The notes beneath the pieces were generated by a model. It saw only the letters and a list, made by a program, of their open reading frames with translations. It had not been told where the DNA came from and made no database searches. Below are positions 8,654-16,914 of a DNA stretch of 19,958 nucleotides, piece after piece (positions within the stretch are counted from its first letter, which is position 1; every line of letters starts with the position of its first letter). Both the position numbers and the translations under genes were made by a program. The DNA comes from an uncultured Methanosarcinales archaeon (GTDB taxonomy: Archaea > Nanobdellota > Nanobdellia > Woesearchaeales > JAGVZT01): positions 1 to 19,958 of the forward strand of contig CAYQPU010000033.1 of the NCBI GenBank assembly GCA_964419615.1, written 5' to 3'.

Positions 8654-9577
8654 TTAATAATTCAATCGCTCCTGTAAATTATTTATTGGCATGCTAACCA
8701 TACCTCCAATCAACTCTGACTCAGCAATACTATCAACAACTATTTCCATTGCTTCATAATCAGGCCTGTTTGGTGTCCAGTATGATTGAGTGGACAAAGC
8801 ACCAGTGTCTTGATACATAGCATACACTTTTTCATGGCACATTACAAGTTCATATCCTTGATTCAATAAAGGTTTGGTAATAATTTCCTCATCAAAATTG
8901 TCTTGTAGAACACTAAACTTTTCATTACCTCCCCACATTGTTTTAAACCCATCATGCCACATACTAAACATGAACCTATCCAAAACCAAGGCATCTTCCT
9001 TTTTCTCATATAAAAAAGCCTCTTCACCAAATCCATAATGTGCTGGTGAATGTGAGACAATTAGTTTTGATCCCTTACTTAAGCACTGTTGCATCACATT
9101 TAAGAAATGTCCAAACTCTCCGTGAGCCATAAAATAAGGTACAGCTGTATTGGCGCATCTTACCATATCAACTGCTTTTAGTAATTTTTCCATAGATTCA
9201 GATGGACAAAGTATATCTCCAATCATAACCTCTTGGCAACCATTTGTAATAAAGAGGGGATCAATCTCAATCCCAGCAAACCCATATCCATGCATGTAAG
9301 CTTGACCCATTAACTCATAATAAGTAGGAGCACCTGCACCCAAACCAACTTCTAGAGCATATTCTGGATTAAGTGCATCAATAACAGACTGAGTTGCAGA
9401 AGTTCTTCCAGCACATGTGTTCCCATAACCATCATTATCTTCTTGAGCTCTTTTCCTAAGTTCAAGTAATTTATCACAAGATATTTGAGCAGCTCTAAAA
9501 TCCAGTAGAATTTCCACCTCATCAAATTCATAATTGTTTGAATCTAATTTATCTAAAAATTCTGTTAAGTTTTCCAT
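8654..9577 (-). CDS. Class I SAM-dependent methyltransferase, CheR-like motifs
   Basis: ALEVGLGAG (motif I), FAGIEID, VMIGDIL, VDMVRCANTAVPYF, LSKGSKLIV. Confidence 0.65.
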   Translation of the reverse strand: MENLTEFLDKLDSNNYEFDEVEILLDFRAAQISCDKLLELRKRAQEDNDGYGNTCAGRTSATQSVIDALNPEYALEVGLGAGAPTYYELMGQAYMHGYGFAGIEIDPLFITNGCQEVMIGDILCPSESMEKLLKAVDMVRCANTAVPYFMAHGEFGHFLNVMQQCLSKGSKLIVSHSPAHYGFGEEAFLYEKKEDALVLDRFMFSMWHDGFKTMWGGNEKFSVLQDNFDEEIITKPLLNQGYELVMCHEKVYAMYQDTGALSTQSYWTPNRPDYEAMEIVVDSIAESELIGGMVSMPINNLQERLNY

Positions 9578-9652
9578 GCTCAGGGGGAATATATTAATAA
9601 TATATAATTTTGGTTGCAGTCATCATATGGAGTTGGTTGTTAAAAAACCAAA

Positions 9653-10435
9653 TCAAAACCTATGCCTGGTCCTTCTCATCTCTCTGTAATACAATCCATC
9701 AAATCTGTTCTTATAGAATGCAAATACTGAACCTGCTCCAGCTGCAGCTCCAACAGCAGCAGCTATCCAAGATATAGTGGTTATTTCACTCTGCCTCAGA
9801 TGACCTTTACCAGGTATTCCTAAAACTCTATGAATATCTATAGAATAATCTCCAGCAGCAAGCATCTTTTCTTCTAATGGCATGTTCTGCGCTAACCCAT
9901 AAAGAATATTCTGTATGACAGGTTGAGCTTCCACTAGTCTATCACGAACATTATAAACTTCAGCTAAATTCTTCGAATGATTGTTAATTGACCCAGCTTG
10001 TCGTCTAGGTTTCCATGGAGGAGGATTAAAATATCCATAAATACAGCTAGGATCAAAATAGAAATCAGAATCTCCTGCTTGGTTAATCTCTTCTAATATG
10101 TTTTCAAAATTGGACACAAAAAAACCTTTGCTCTGAGCCAGAGTCAAATAAGCCTTTGCTATCTTACTATGTAGATTGTTAAATCTATTAGTATCTGCCG
10201 TTGGTAAATGCATCTCACTAAAAGGTTTTTCAAAAACAGTTGTTTGTAATCCAGATCTTATAACTCTAGCAGATTGTGCAATCTGTTCTGGACTTTTCCA
10301 CTGAGAATGACTCCTGGAATCACATTCATATTCATCATGACAACTTTCAGTTCTATTACCATCTGCATCTGTTGAGTAAGTACATACCCTTTCCCAATGA
10401 CCGCTTTCACTATATGTGTGACTAAACGCCCCCAT
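9653..10435 (-). CDS. Hypothetical membrane protein; probably the 3' part of a gene interrupted by TAA at 10514-10516
   Basis: 260 aa with C-terminal TM (ISWIAAAVGAAAGAGSVFAFY); the frame stays open upstream to 10513. Confidence 0.65.
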   Translation of the reverse strand: MGAFSHTYSESGHWERVCTYSTDADGNRTESCHDEYECDSRSHSQWKSPEQIAQSARVIRSGLQTTVFEKPFSEMHLPTADTNRFNNLHSKIAKAYLTLAQSKGFFVSNFENILEEINQAGDSDFYFDPSCIYGYFNPPPWKPRRQAGSINNHSKNLAEVYNVRDRLVEAQPVIQNILYGLAQNMPLEEKMLAAGDYSIDIHRVLGIPGKGHLRQSEITTISWIAAAVGAAAGAGSVFAFYKNRFDGLYYREMRRTRHRF

Positions 10436-10513
10436 TATACCATTACTTCTTATAATATCAATAGCTGAATGAAAACTCTGGTCATGGTATAAAGGAATAA
10501 CTTCCTCTGAAAG

Positions 10514-11773
10514 TTATGAAGCCCAAATCAAATTGTCCCACATAAGATTCATCAGCTGACTATCAGCCAGAGCTCTTAACATTCTTTCTTGGGCGACAGA
10601 TTCATCGTCTGCACCATCATTAACATCATTTTCAACCGGATCATTTTCAAGTGGAGCATTAACATCTTCCTCATCAATCCATAGTCTTTTATAACCTTCA
10701 TCCCCCCAAAATGCTGCATTTGCACCATATTGTGCAAATTCCAAAGCAGCCGCAGGACCAACCTCCTGTTCCTTGAATATGATGTCAGCTAGTTCAGACT
10801 CTCTGTTCTTATCCCAGTAATTCAATAATGCAAATGTACCTTTGTTTAGGGCTAATCCAAACAATCCTGCAACAACGACTCCAGCAACAATAGCATAAGT
10901 TGATGGTTCAACGCTCTTTAGAGCACCTAACCTATCTTCTATATTTTCCCGTAAGGTTGTTTGATGGATATGCCATGTACCAAGTTCAGGATTGGTACTA
11001 GCTTCACCAATCTTTTTCTTAATTCTTTTTTGGTATTTTCTTGTGAATGCATGTTTATTACTGTGCTCTCTTGACTGAATCTCAACATTTTTTACTATTA
11101 ATTCTAATTCTGCTCTGTCAAATAACTCCCCATATTCCGTTGCAAGATCTCCATAAAGATCAGTTATATCATGAAAGTTTGTTTCTCTTGTAGCAAAACC
11201 ATGTGCAGTGTGTCTAATATCCTGCAAAAGATCAGAATAATCTTGTATGTCAAGATCGGATCTACTTCCTATTCTTTCCTCCAGTCTTTCTTCAAGCTCT
11301 GTAACAGACTTATAAATTTTCATCTGGTTATAATTACGCTTTTGTTCCAAATCATGCTTCCATTTGTTAGAAACTTTTTTTACATTGTTACCATGGAAAA
11401 GTGCGATTATCCTAGCTAGACCCCCAGGATCACTTGGAACTCCCCTCAACTCCCCTCCTCTGTGTTCAGGCCGGATTATTTTAGCTTCTTCAGATAGTTC
11501 AGATACATCTATTTTTGGAAGAATTTTGTTAGCTATTCCAGTTAGAATGTAAGGAAGATTAATCCAAGTCTCAGTAAGAGCATACATTGGCCCATGCTTT
11601 TTAATTCTATCAATACCACTTCTATGTAATCCCTTACCATGTTGGATGGTGTCAAAAGTACAAGCTATAAGTGGTGCTATTCCTAAGGTATCTAACTCTT
11701 CAAAACCTTCAACATCTAGCTGGTCAAATTCATGGGAATTAAACTGTTGGTTGAACTGGGTGTTGTATCTCAT
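10514..11773 (-). CDS. Hypothetical membrane protein; probably the 5' part of the same interrupted gene
   Basis: 419 aa with TM YAIVAGVVVAGLFGLAL and an acidic linker; same frame as 9653..10435. Confidence 0.7.
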   Translation of the reverse strand: MRYNTQFNQQFNSHEFDQLDVEGFEELDTLGIAPLIACTFDTIQHGKGLHRSGIDRIKKHGPMYALTETWINLPYILTGIANKILPKIDVSELSEEAKIIRPEHRGGELRGVPSDPGGLARIIALFHGNNVKKVSNKWKHDLEQKRNYNQMKIYKSVTELEERLEERIGSRSDLDIQDYSDLLQDIRHTAHGFATRETNFHDITDLYGDLATEYGELFDRAELELIVKNVEIQSREHSNKHAFTRKYQKRIKKKIGEASTNPELGTWHIHQTTLRENIEDRLGALKSVEPSTYAIVAGVVVAGLFGLALNKGTFALLNYWDKNRESELADIIFKEQEVGPAAALEFAQYGANAAFWGDEGYKRLWIDEEDVNAPLENDPVENDVNDGADDESVAQERMLRALADSQLMNLMWDNLIWAS

Positions 11774-11892
11774 TTTAATTATATGTAAAAAAAGAATGAA
11801 ATTCCATATATAAATCTTACTTAATTTACCACTATAAAGTGCTATGCAACTGTGCTAAATCTACTAAAAATCAATAACTTGATAATATTCTT

Positions 11893-12279
11893 TTATCTGT
11901 ACATGAAAGGAGCAACATTAATCTCATGTTCTAGCTCGTTTAGACCATAAACTCCATATGAACCATTAGAATCAATTATGACCAGTCTCTCATTTACTAA
12001 AGCCATTTTTGGATTATCTTGTGCAATAAATTGACCATTACTAACTTCTTTTTCTAATTCTCCATTTTCAGCTGAAATCTTATATACATTCTTTTCGTCA
12101 GCTGCATAAATAAATCCATTATGTAGAGCAAATCCAAACAATTCCCTAAAATCTATATCTCTACCTGTGATCCATAGTCTATCTTCTTGGGTTACACTAA
12201 ATGCTTCTATACTACTGTGATCCATCCTGTAGAATCTGTCATTGTCATGGTCTGCAATTATTTCGTGGATTTTGTTCAT
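11893..12279 (-). CDS. Hypothetical protein (128 aa, beta-propeller-fragment-like); start revised from 12360 to 12279
   Basis: Minus-strand TTTATATA at 12309-12302 lies about 22 nt before ATG 12279 (MNKIHEII). Short beta strands such as GFIYAADEKNVYKIS. Confidence 0.6.
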   Translation of the reverse strand: MNKIHEIIADHDNDRFYRMDHSSIEAFSVTQEDRLWITGRDIDFRELFGFALHNGFIYAADEKNVYKISAENGELEKEVSNGQFIAQDNPKMALVNERLVIIDSNGSYGVYGLNELEHEINVAPFMYR

Positions 12280-12301
12280 AAAATGAAGAGATCTAAACAA
12301 A

Positions 12302-12357
12302 TATATAAACTTTTTTACTATGAAGTTAATAACAAATACCTCAGAAACATTTAAATA
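12302..12357. promoter_or_regulatory. Back-to-back divergent TATA boxes
   Basis: TTTATATA on the minus strand (12309-12302) and TTTAAATA on the plus strand (12350-12357), each 22-26 nt from an ATG. Confidence 0.55.
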
Positions 12358-12383
12358 CAAAACCGAACGAAATTCTCTTTACA

Positions 12384-13061
12384 ATGAAAAAATTAATTGC
12401 TATTCTATTATTAATATTGTTAGTTGGATGCACACAAGAACCTGTAGCTGAACAGGAAGTTTCAGAAGAGCCAATGCAAGAAGATTTACCTTTGGAAGCA
12501 GAGATAATTGAACCTCCTGAAGAACCATTGGCACAAGAGATTACCGCATTGTTTGCTAGGAACTCCAAAATAACAAGTTATGAATATATCTACAAAGGAG
12601 ACAGCCCACAAACTATTACATACTACATCAAAGGTGAAAAAATATGGGCAAGTTATCCTCAAGTCCAGGAATATGGCGGATTTGAATTCTATGATGTATA
12701 CATGGACTCAAAAATTGCCACTCTAATTTGTGCTGATGTGGATAAGTGCAAAGGTAAGAAAGCAAAGGAAGCTCCTTTATCTAAATTTGTTCCAATAACT
12801 CCATTAGAAATTATCAGCCAAATTAGCAATGGTGAAATCACAGAAACAACTCAAATTGAAAATAGAGACACATCAGTGGTATCATATACAAATGCTGATG
12901 GAAATCAAGAAAGAATATGGATATGGGATTATTGGGGTATTCCAGTCAAAAGAGAAATCACCAAAACAGATAGTAAAGAAGTAATTGCCTATGACAATCT
13001 TGTTGTAAACTCTGTAAAAGATGAGCAGGTAACATTGCCTGATGATTTGGAGATGCAATGA
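12384..13061 (+). CDS. Lipoprotein with acidic linker and putative LolA-like beta-fold
   Basis: MKKLIAILLLILLVGC lipobox; Glu/Pro linker; RIWIWDYWGIPVKREIT pattern. Confidence 0.7.
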   Translation: MKKLIAILLLILLVGCTQEPVAEQEVSEEPMQEDLPLEAEIIEPPEEPLAQEITALFARNSKITSYEYIYKGDSPQTITYYIKGEKIWASYPQVQEYGGFEFYDVYMDSKIATLICADVDKCKGKKAKEAPLSKFVPITPLEIISQISNGEITETTQIENRDTSVVSYTNADGNQERIWIWDYWGIPVKREITKTDSKEVIAYDNLVVNSVKDEQVTLPDDLEMQ

Positions 13062-13576
13062 ACCTATTATTCATTTTTGGTATTATTTTAATGGCACTAA
13101 TTCTATTTGTAGTTCTGAAGGTAGCTAAGAGATTGATTAAAGTTGTATTCAGTTTGATCTTCATATTGCTATTAATAAGCCTGGTTTTTGGATTTTTTGT
13201 TTTCAGAGACTTTCAAGATTTCCAGGAAAATTTCTTTGACTCTAAAAATACTTTCTTAGTGCAGAAAAATGGAACAATAACCATGGGATTTAGTGCGATT
13301 GGTTTTGTTGAAGACAAAGCTCTGCTAAATGATCAAGAAATACAGGAATTACAACAATATTATGAACAGAAAGATTTCTTATCAATGGTTGATGATGAAT
13401 ATAAAATTTTTATAATTGACATGCAAATTGCTCCAGAAGACATGCAGGATTTCAGCATGGATGTTATCTTTGAGCAAGCCAAGTTAGTTGAAGTTATTCC
13501 TGAAAGCCCAATGTTTATGGCCATAAAATATCTGCCGTGGCTTGCTAATTTCAAATCTGGAGTAAATCAAGGCTAA
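13058..13576 (+). CDS. Hypothetical membrane protein (2 N-terminal TM)
   Basis: 172 aa; ATGA overlap with the lipoprotein gene. Confidence 0.75.
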   Translation: MNLLFIFGIILMALILFVVLKVAKRLIKVVFSLIFILLLISLVFGFFVFRDFQDFQENFFDSKNTFLVQKNGTITMGFSAIGFVEDKALLNDQEIQELQQYYEQKDFLSMVDDEYKIFIIDMQIAPEDMQDFSMDVIFEQAKLVEVIPESPMFMAIKYLPWLANFKSGVNQG

Positions 13577-13601
13577 TAATAACTTACCTGTTTACAAAAA
13601 A

Positions 13602-14405
13602 CTAAAGCACGATTCTGTAAACCTCAAATGCTTCTGCATATTTAGGTTCTTCACTAAATAACTTAAAAGAAGGTGGGCTAAAATACTTTGCTGCTTTGTG
13701 AACATCTCCTATAAAACCTCCAACCTGAGAAGGAAAACAGTTAATAAGAAGTGATGACTTGCTATCCCAATCAAATTGGTTCATGGGATAAAAGGCATTT
13801 GGAGCGAAATTAACAGTTTTTCTGGGACAACACATTATTAAAATGCTTGAAACATCCTTTGCTGCAGTAATTGATGCTTTTGATACAGCTACATGGTCCC
13901 TATGTTCATCATTCTCAGAATGAGTGTACAACTCATCTGGTTCTATACATAAAATAACTCCACCTAATCTTGCAACTAGGTCTCTTTGTTGTTCCAATGC
14001 ATTATTTGGTAAATTCAAATAAAAAACTCCCGAAATTCCAGTCTGCCCAGCTGTTTGTTTAATTAAATATTCATTGTATTCTTCAATACTTTCTGTCCAG
14101 TCCTCATTACTATCTCTATTTCTTACATCTCTTCCAATTGATAAAGCAGCAGCTTGACTCTCAATTATTCTTTCTCCTGGAATAATCCCCTGAGCTGCTT
14201 CCCCATTTGTACAGATAGCATAAAATATTGCGTACTCCTGTTCAATCATTTCTTTAATTTTTGCTGAACAACCAATCTCAATGTCATCAGGATGTGCACC
14301 AATAAAAAGAGCACGTTTATCATAGACTTCTAATTCCCTCCCAAGATCAGATATTGTGACCGGAAAATAATTTAATTGGAAATTCCCTAGCGTAAGTTCT
14401 TCCAT
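13602..14405 (-). CDS. PIG-L/LmbE-family Zn-dependent de-N-acetylase; start revised from 14456 to 14405
   Basis: GAHPDDIEIG, TNGE, RIIES, EHRDH, FPSQ and AEAF motifs; GGAGGT SD inside the end of the upstream gene (GGAGGTCAATAG-T-ATG). Confidence 0.9.
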   Translation of the reverse strand: MEELTLGNFQLNYFPVTISDLGRELEVYDKRALFIGAHPDDIEIGCSAKIKEMIEQEYAIFYAICTNGEAAQGIIPGERIIESQAAALSIGRDVRNRDSNEDWTESIEEYNEYLIKQTAGQTGISGVFYLNLPNNALEQQRDLVARLGGVILCIEPDELYTHSENDEHRDHVAVSKASITAAKDVSSILIMCCPRKTVNFAPNAFYPMNQFDWDSKSSLLINCFPSQVGGFIGDVHKAAKYFSPPSFKLFSEEPKYAEAFEVYRIVL

Positions 14406-14406
14406 A

Positions 14407-15339
14407 CTATTGACCTCCAGGTAATTCAACCAAATCTTCAAAGAGAGAATTTCCATTGTTTCTTAACTCCAAAAATCTGCCATGTAAATATGGTCCCAAT
14501 TGTACTTTGGGAATATCAAAAAAGGGAATTGTAACAATATTTTCTGAATAATCAAAAAAAGTTTTTTGTCTGTACATCAGTTGGTTGGCAACATATTTTT
14601 CAGTATCTTCTCTTTGTTCACTATCAAGTTCAGGCATATGTGAGGGTAGTCGCAAAGATATCATATCTGGTTGAATCATGTAACTGTTACATATATCAAA
14701 AGCCTGTTGAATTTCCCTTGTTTTTACACTTGATGTTTTTACAGGAGAATTTTTGTCTCCTCTGTACCCAATTTCATTTAGTAAAACAATATTGCATTTG
14801 TCAGTGAGTTTATGCTTCAGATAGGCAACCGTTGGTAATGCATAATTTTGAACCTCTTTTGAGTCTAATGTTCCTCCTATTTCTATTAATAATTGTTTAG
14901 GAGATCCAAGACAGCTACATCTTTCAAGTATGTTGTAGGCAAAATATTTCATTTTATCAGGAACATTACTAGTACTATGTCTTCCTGCAACAAATGCATT
15001 AAAAAACAAATCAACATCGCCACCTAAAATAGAATTAATAGCACTAAACTCTAAACCTGGATTAAACCTCTTGTATGTTTCAAAATCATCAATGGCAATT
15101 GGTGATTCTCTCCTTGAAAAAACAAGTGCATCATTATCAATCTTAGAATCATAATTGCTCAAAAAAACAGAATCAAATTTCAAAATATGTCTATCATCAA
15201 GAACACTTGCAATATGTGCAGTTAAATGCCCTTTCCCAATGTCAGATAGATTATGTCCTAGAACAATTGTTACTGTTGTTTGCTCCCCAAACCAATTTTG
15301 TTCTATTAATTTATTCAGATCATCATTAACCCATGGCAT
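14407..15339 (-). CDS. Divergent stand-alone CTP synthase amidoligase (N-terminal) domain, no glutamine amidotransferase domain
   Basis: VLGHNLSDIGKG, LKFD, DDFETYKRF, LLIEIGGTL, KTREIQ and IQPDMISLR occur in PyrG order; ends at 310 aa. Confidence 0.8.
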   Translation of the reverse strand: MPWVNDDLNKLIEQNWFGEQTTVTIVLGHNLSDIGKGHLTAHIASVLDDRHILKFDSVFLSNYDSKIDNDALVFSRRESPIAIDDFETYKRFNPGLEFSAINSILGGDVDLFFNAFVAGRHSTSNVPDKMKYFAYNILERCSCLGSPKQLLIEIGGTLDSKEVQNYALPTVAYLKHKLTDKCNIVLLNEIGYRGDKNSPVKTSSVKTREIQQAFDICNSYMIQPDMISLRLPSHMPELDSEQREDTEKYVANQLMYRQKTFFDYSENIVTIPFFDIPKVQLGPYLHGRFLELRNNGNSLFEDLVELPGGQ

Positions 15340-15363
15340 ATTGAAAACAGGGAATAATCATAC

Positions 15364-15371
15364 ATATATAA
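15364..15371 (-). promoter_or_regulatory. TATA box for the CTPS-like/PIG-L operon
   Basis: TTATATAT on the minus strand, 24 nt before ATG 15339. Confidence 0.5.
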
Positions 15372-15425
15372 TTGTTACCATAATCAAGTGGTATACTAAA
15401 CCTGGTGTAGAGGTTAATCTGACTA

Positions 15426-15761
15426 TTAAATTTCTTGATTAAATTGGGGAATACAACAAAAATTCTGCAAATAATAATGGATATTAAATCTTAGTGGCTT
15501 TAATCTCTCCCAATGTAAGAAATCATCTGGATGGTAGTCAAGAGGTAAACCAATAACTCCTGTTTGACAAGCAATACCTATTCTTACTTTAACGAAACCA
15601 AACATTGGCCAAACATTATAATCATCAGTTTCATAAAAAAGATCTTTGTGAGAAATATCATTAACATAACGCTCATTTAGGAATTTTAAAGATCCCTCAA
15701 TGTGAGCATCCAAAACTCTTCCAAGATCATCATACTTATATTCTCTATCTATTAGATTCAT
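15426..15761 (-). CDS. Hypothetical protein
   Basis: 111-aa ORF filling the gap upstream of the CTPS-like gene; no family recognised. Confidence 0.5.
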   Translation of the reverse strand: MNLIDREYKYDDLGRVLDAHIEGSLKFLNERYVNDISHKDLFYETDDYNVWPMFGFVKVRIGIACQTGVIGLPLDYHPDDFLHWERLKPLRFNIHYYLQNFCCIPQFNQEI

Positions 15762-15845
15762 ATTAAAAAGAAATCTATTTTCATATAATAATCTTATTAA
15801 ATACTAATAGTAAGATATATAAACCAAAATCTACTAGCATAATTT

Positions 15846-16724
15846 ATGTACGAACAGATCACAGCTAACAAAAGAAAGACATTCCTATTATTCTTTTTAT
15901 TCATAGTTTTAATAATGGGTTTAGGTCTAGCATTTGACATTGCTTTTGGTCTAAATTACATGGGAATAGTGATTGCCTTTATTATTACAATTGTCTGGAG
16001 CTTAGTCAGCTATTTTTCAGGTGATAAAATTGTATTAAAAATGTCTGGTGCAAAAGAAGCTAATAAACGGGAACATGCTCACTTAATCAATTCTGTTGAG
16101 GGATTAGCAATTGCAGCTGGAATACCAAAGCCAAAAGTATATGTGATTGATGATCCTGCAATTAATGCATTTGCAACCGGAAGAAGCCCTGAACACTCAT
16201 CAGTTGCAGTAACATCTGGGGCAATCAAAAAACTAAATAGGCAAGAACTAGAAGGAGTCATAGCTCATGAACTAAGTCATGTTAAAAACTATGACATCCG
16301 AACCATGCTTCTAGCAGCAGTATTAGTTGGTGTGATTGCTCTGTTAAGTGATTTCATGATTAGATCATTTTGGTATGGAGGTAGAAGAAAAAAAGGATCT
16401 GGTTCATCAGGTGCAATTGGGATAGCAATTGGTATCGCAGCTGCAATTCTAGCACCATTAATAGCCAACCTAATTAAACTATCAATCTCACGAAAAAGAG
16501 AATATCTGGCAGATGCATCCGGCGCTATGCTCACAAGATACCCAAAAGGACTTGCAGATGCACTTAGAAAAATTGAACATGATCACACTCAATTAAAAAC
16601 AGCAACAAATGCAACTGCTCATCTATATATCTCAAATCCATTTAAGAAAAAAGGATTTTTTGTGAATATGTTTTCAACGCATCCACCTATTAAAGAAAGA
16701 ATCAAAGCTTTGGACAAAATGTGA
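15846..16724 (+). CDS. htpX: Membrane zinc metalloprotease HtpX (M48)
   Basis: INAFATGR, GVIAHELSHVKNYD, REYLADASGA, STHP; TATATAAA at 15816-15823. Confidence 0.95.
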   Translation: MYEQITANKRKTFLLFFLFIVLIMGLGLAFDIAFGLNYMGIVIAFIITIVWSLVSYFSGDKIVLKMSGAKEANKREHAHLINSVEGLAIAAGIPKPKVYVIDDPAINAFATGRSPEHSSVAVTSGAIKKLNRQELEGVIAHELSHVKNYDIRTMLLAAVLVGVIALLSDFMIRSFWYGGRRKKGSGSSGAIGIAIGIAAAILAPLIANLIKLSISRKREYLADASGAMLTRYPKGLADALRKIEHDHTQLKTATNATAHLYISNPFKKKGFFVNMFSTHPPIKERIKALDKM

Positions 16725-16738
16725 TAAAGATTTAACTT

Positions 16739-16882
16739 CTAAAACAGATAGCTGCTTGAACTTTTTGATGGTTCTACATGGGCAACATCTCTCGCATAAT
16801 ACATACTCAAAATTCCCATTGGAATGCCTATTCCAAAAACTGCGACAATACTACTAACAAATACAACTGCATCCTTGTTCAT
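16739..16882 (-). CDS. Small single-pass membrane protein (47 aa), absent from the ORF track
   Basis: Hand translation: MNKDAVVFVSSIVAVFGIGIPMGILSMYYARDVAHVEPSKSSSSYLF*; fills most of the gap between htpX and the Hint gene. Confidence 0.5.
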   Translation of the reverse strand: MNKDAVVFVSSIVAVFGIGIPMGILSMYYARDVAHVEPSKSSSSYLF

Positions 16883-16914
16883 ATCAACAGAGAATCAAGT
16901 AATAAATAAAAAAC

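Noticed and set aside
8651-8656. Convergent genes with abutting stop codons (TAATTA)
   Set aside because: Common in compact genomes; no further structure seen.
9578-9652. The 75-nt gap keeps 9653..10435 in frame with the methyltransferase
   Set aside because: It contains two more TGA stops (9620-9625) and an AT-rich TATA-like tract, so it is a true intergenic region.
11829-11857. CACTATAAAGTG near-palindrome and GTGCTA direct repeat
   Set aside because: Too short to distinguish from chance.
12280-14456. Tracked longer starts at 12360 (-) and 14456 (-)
   Set aside because: They run through promoter DNA or the upstream gene; TATA and SD positions favour 12279 and 14405.
14407-15339. Calling this gene pyrG, or a truncated pyrG pseudogene
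   Set aside because: It is too divergent, ends cleanly with an SD for the next gene, and no GATase remnant follows.
15426-15761. HPDD in this ORF echoing the PIG-L motif
   Set aside because: No other PIG-L motifs or preceding beta-strand; likely coincidence.
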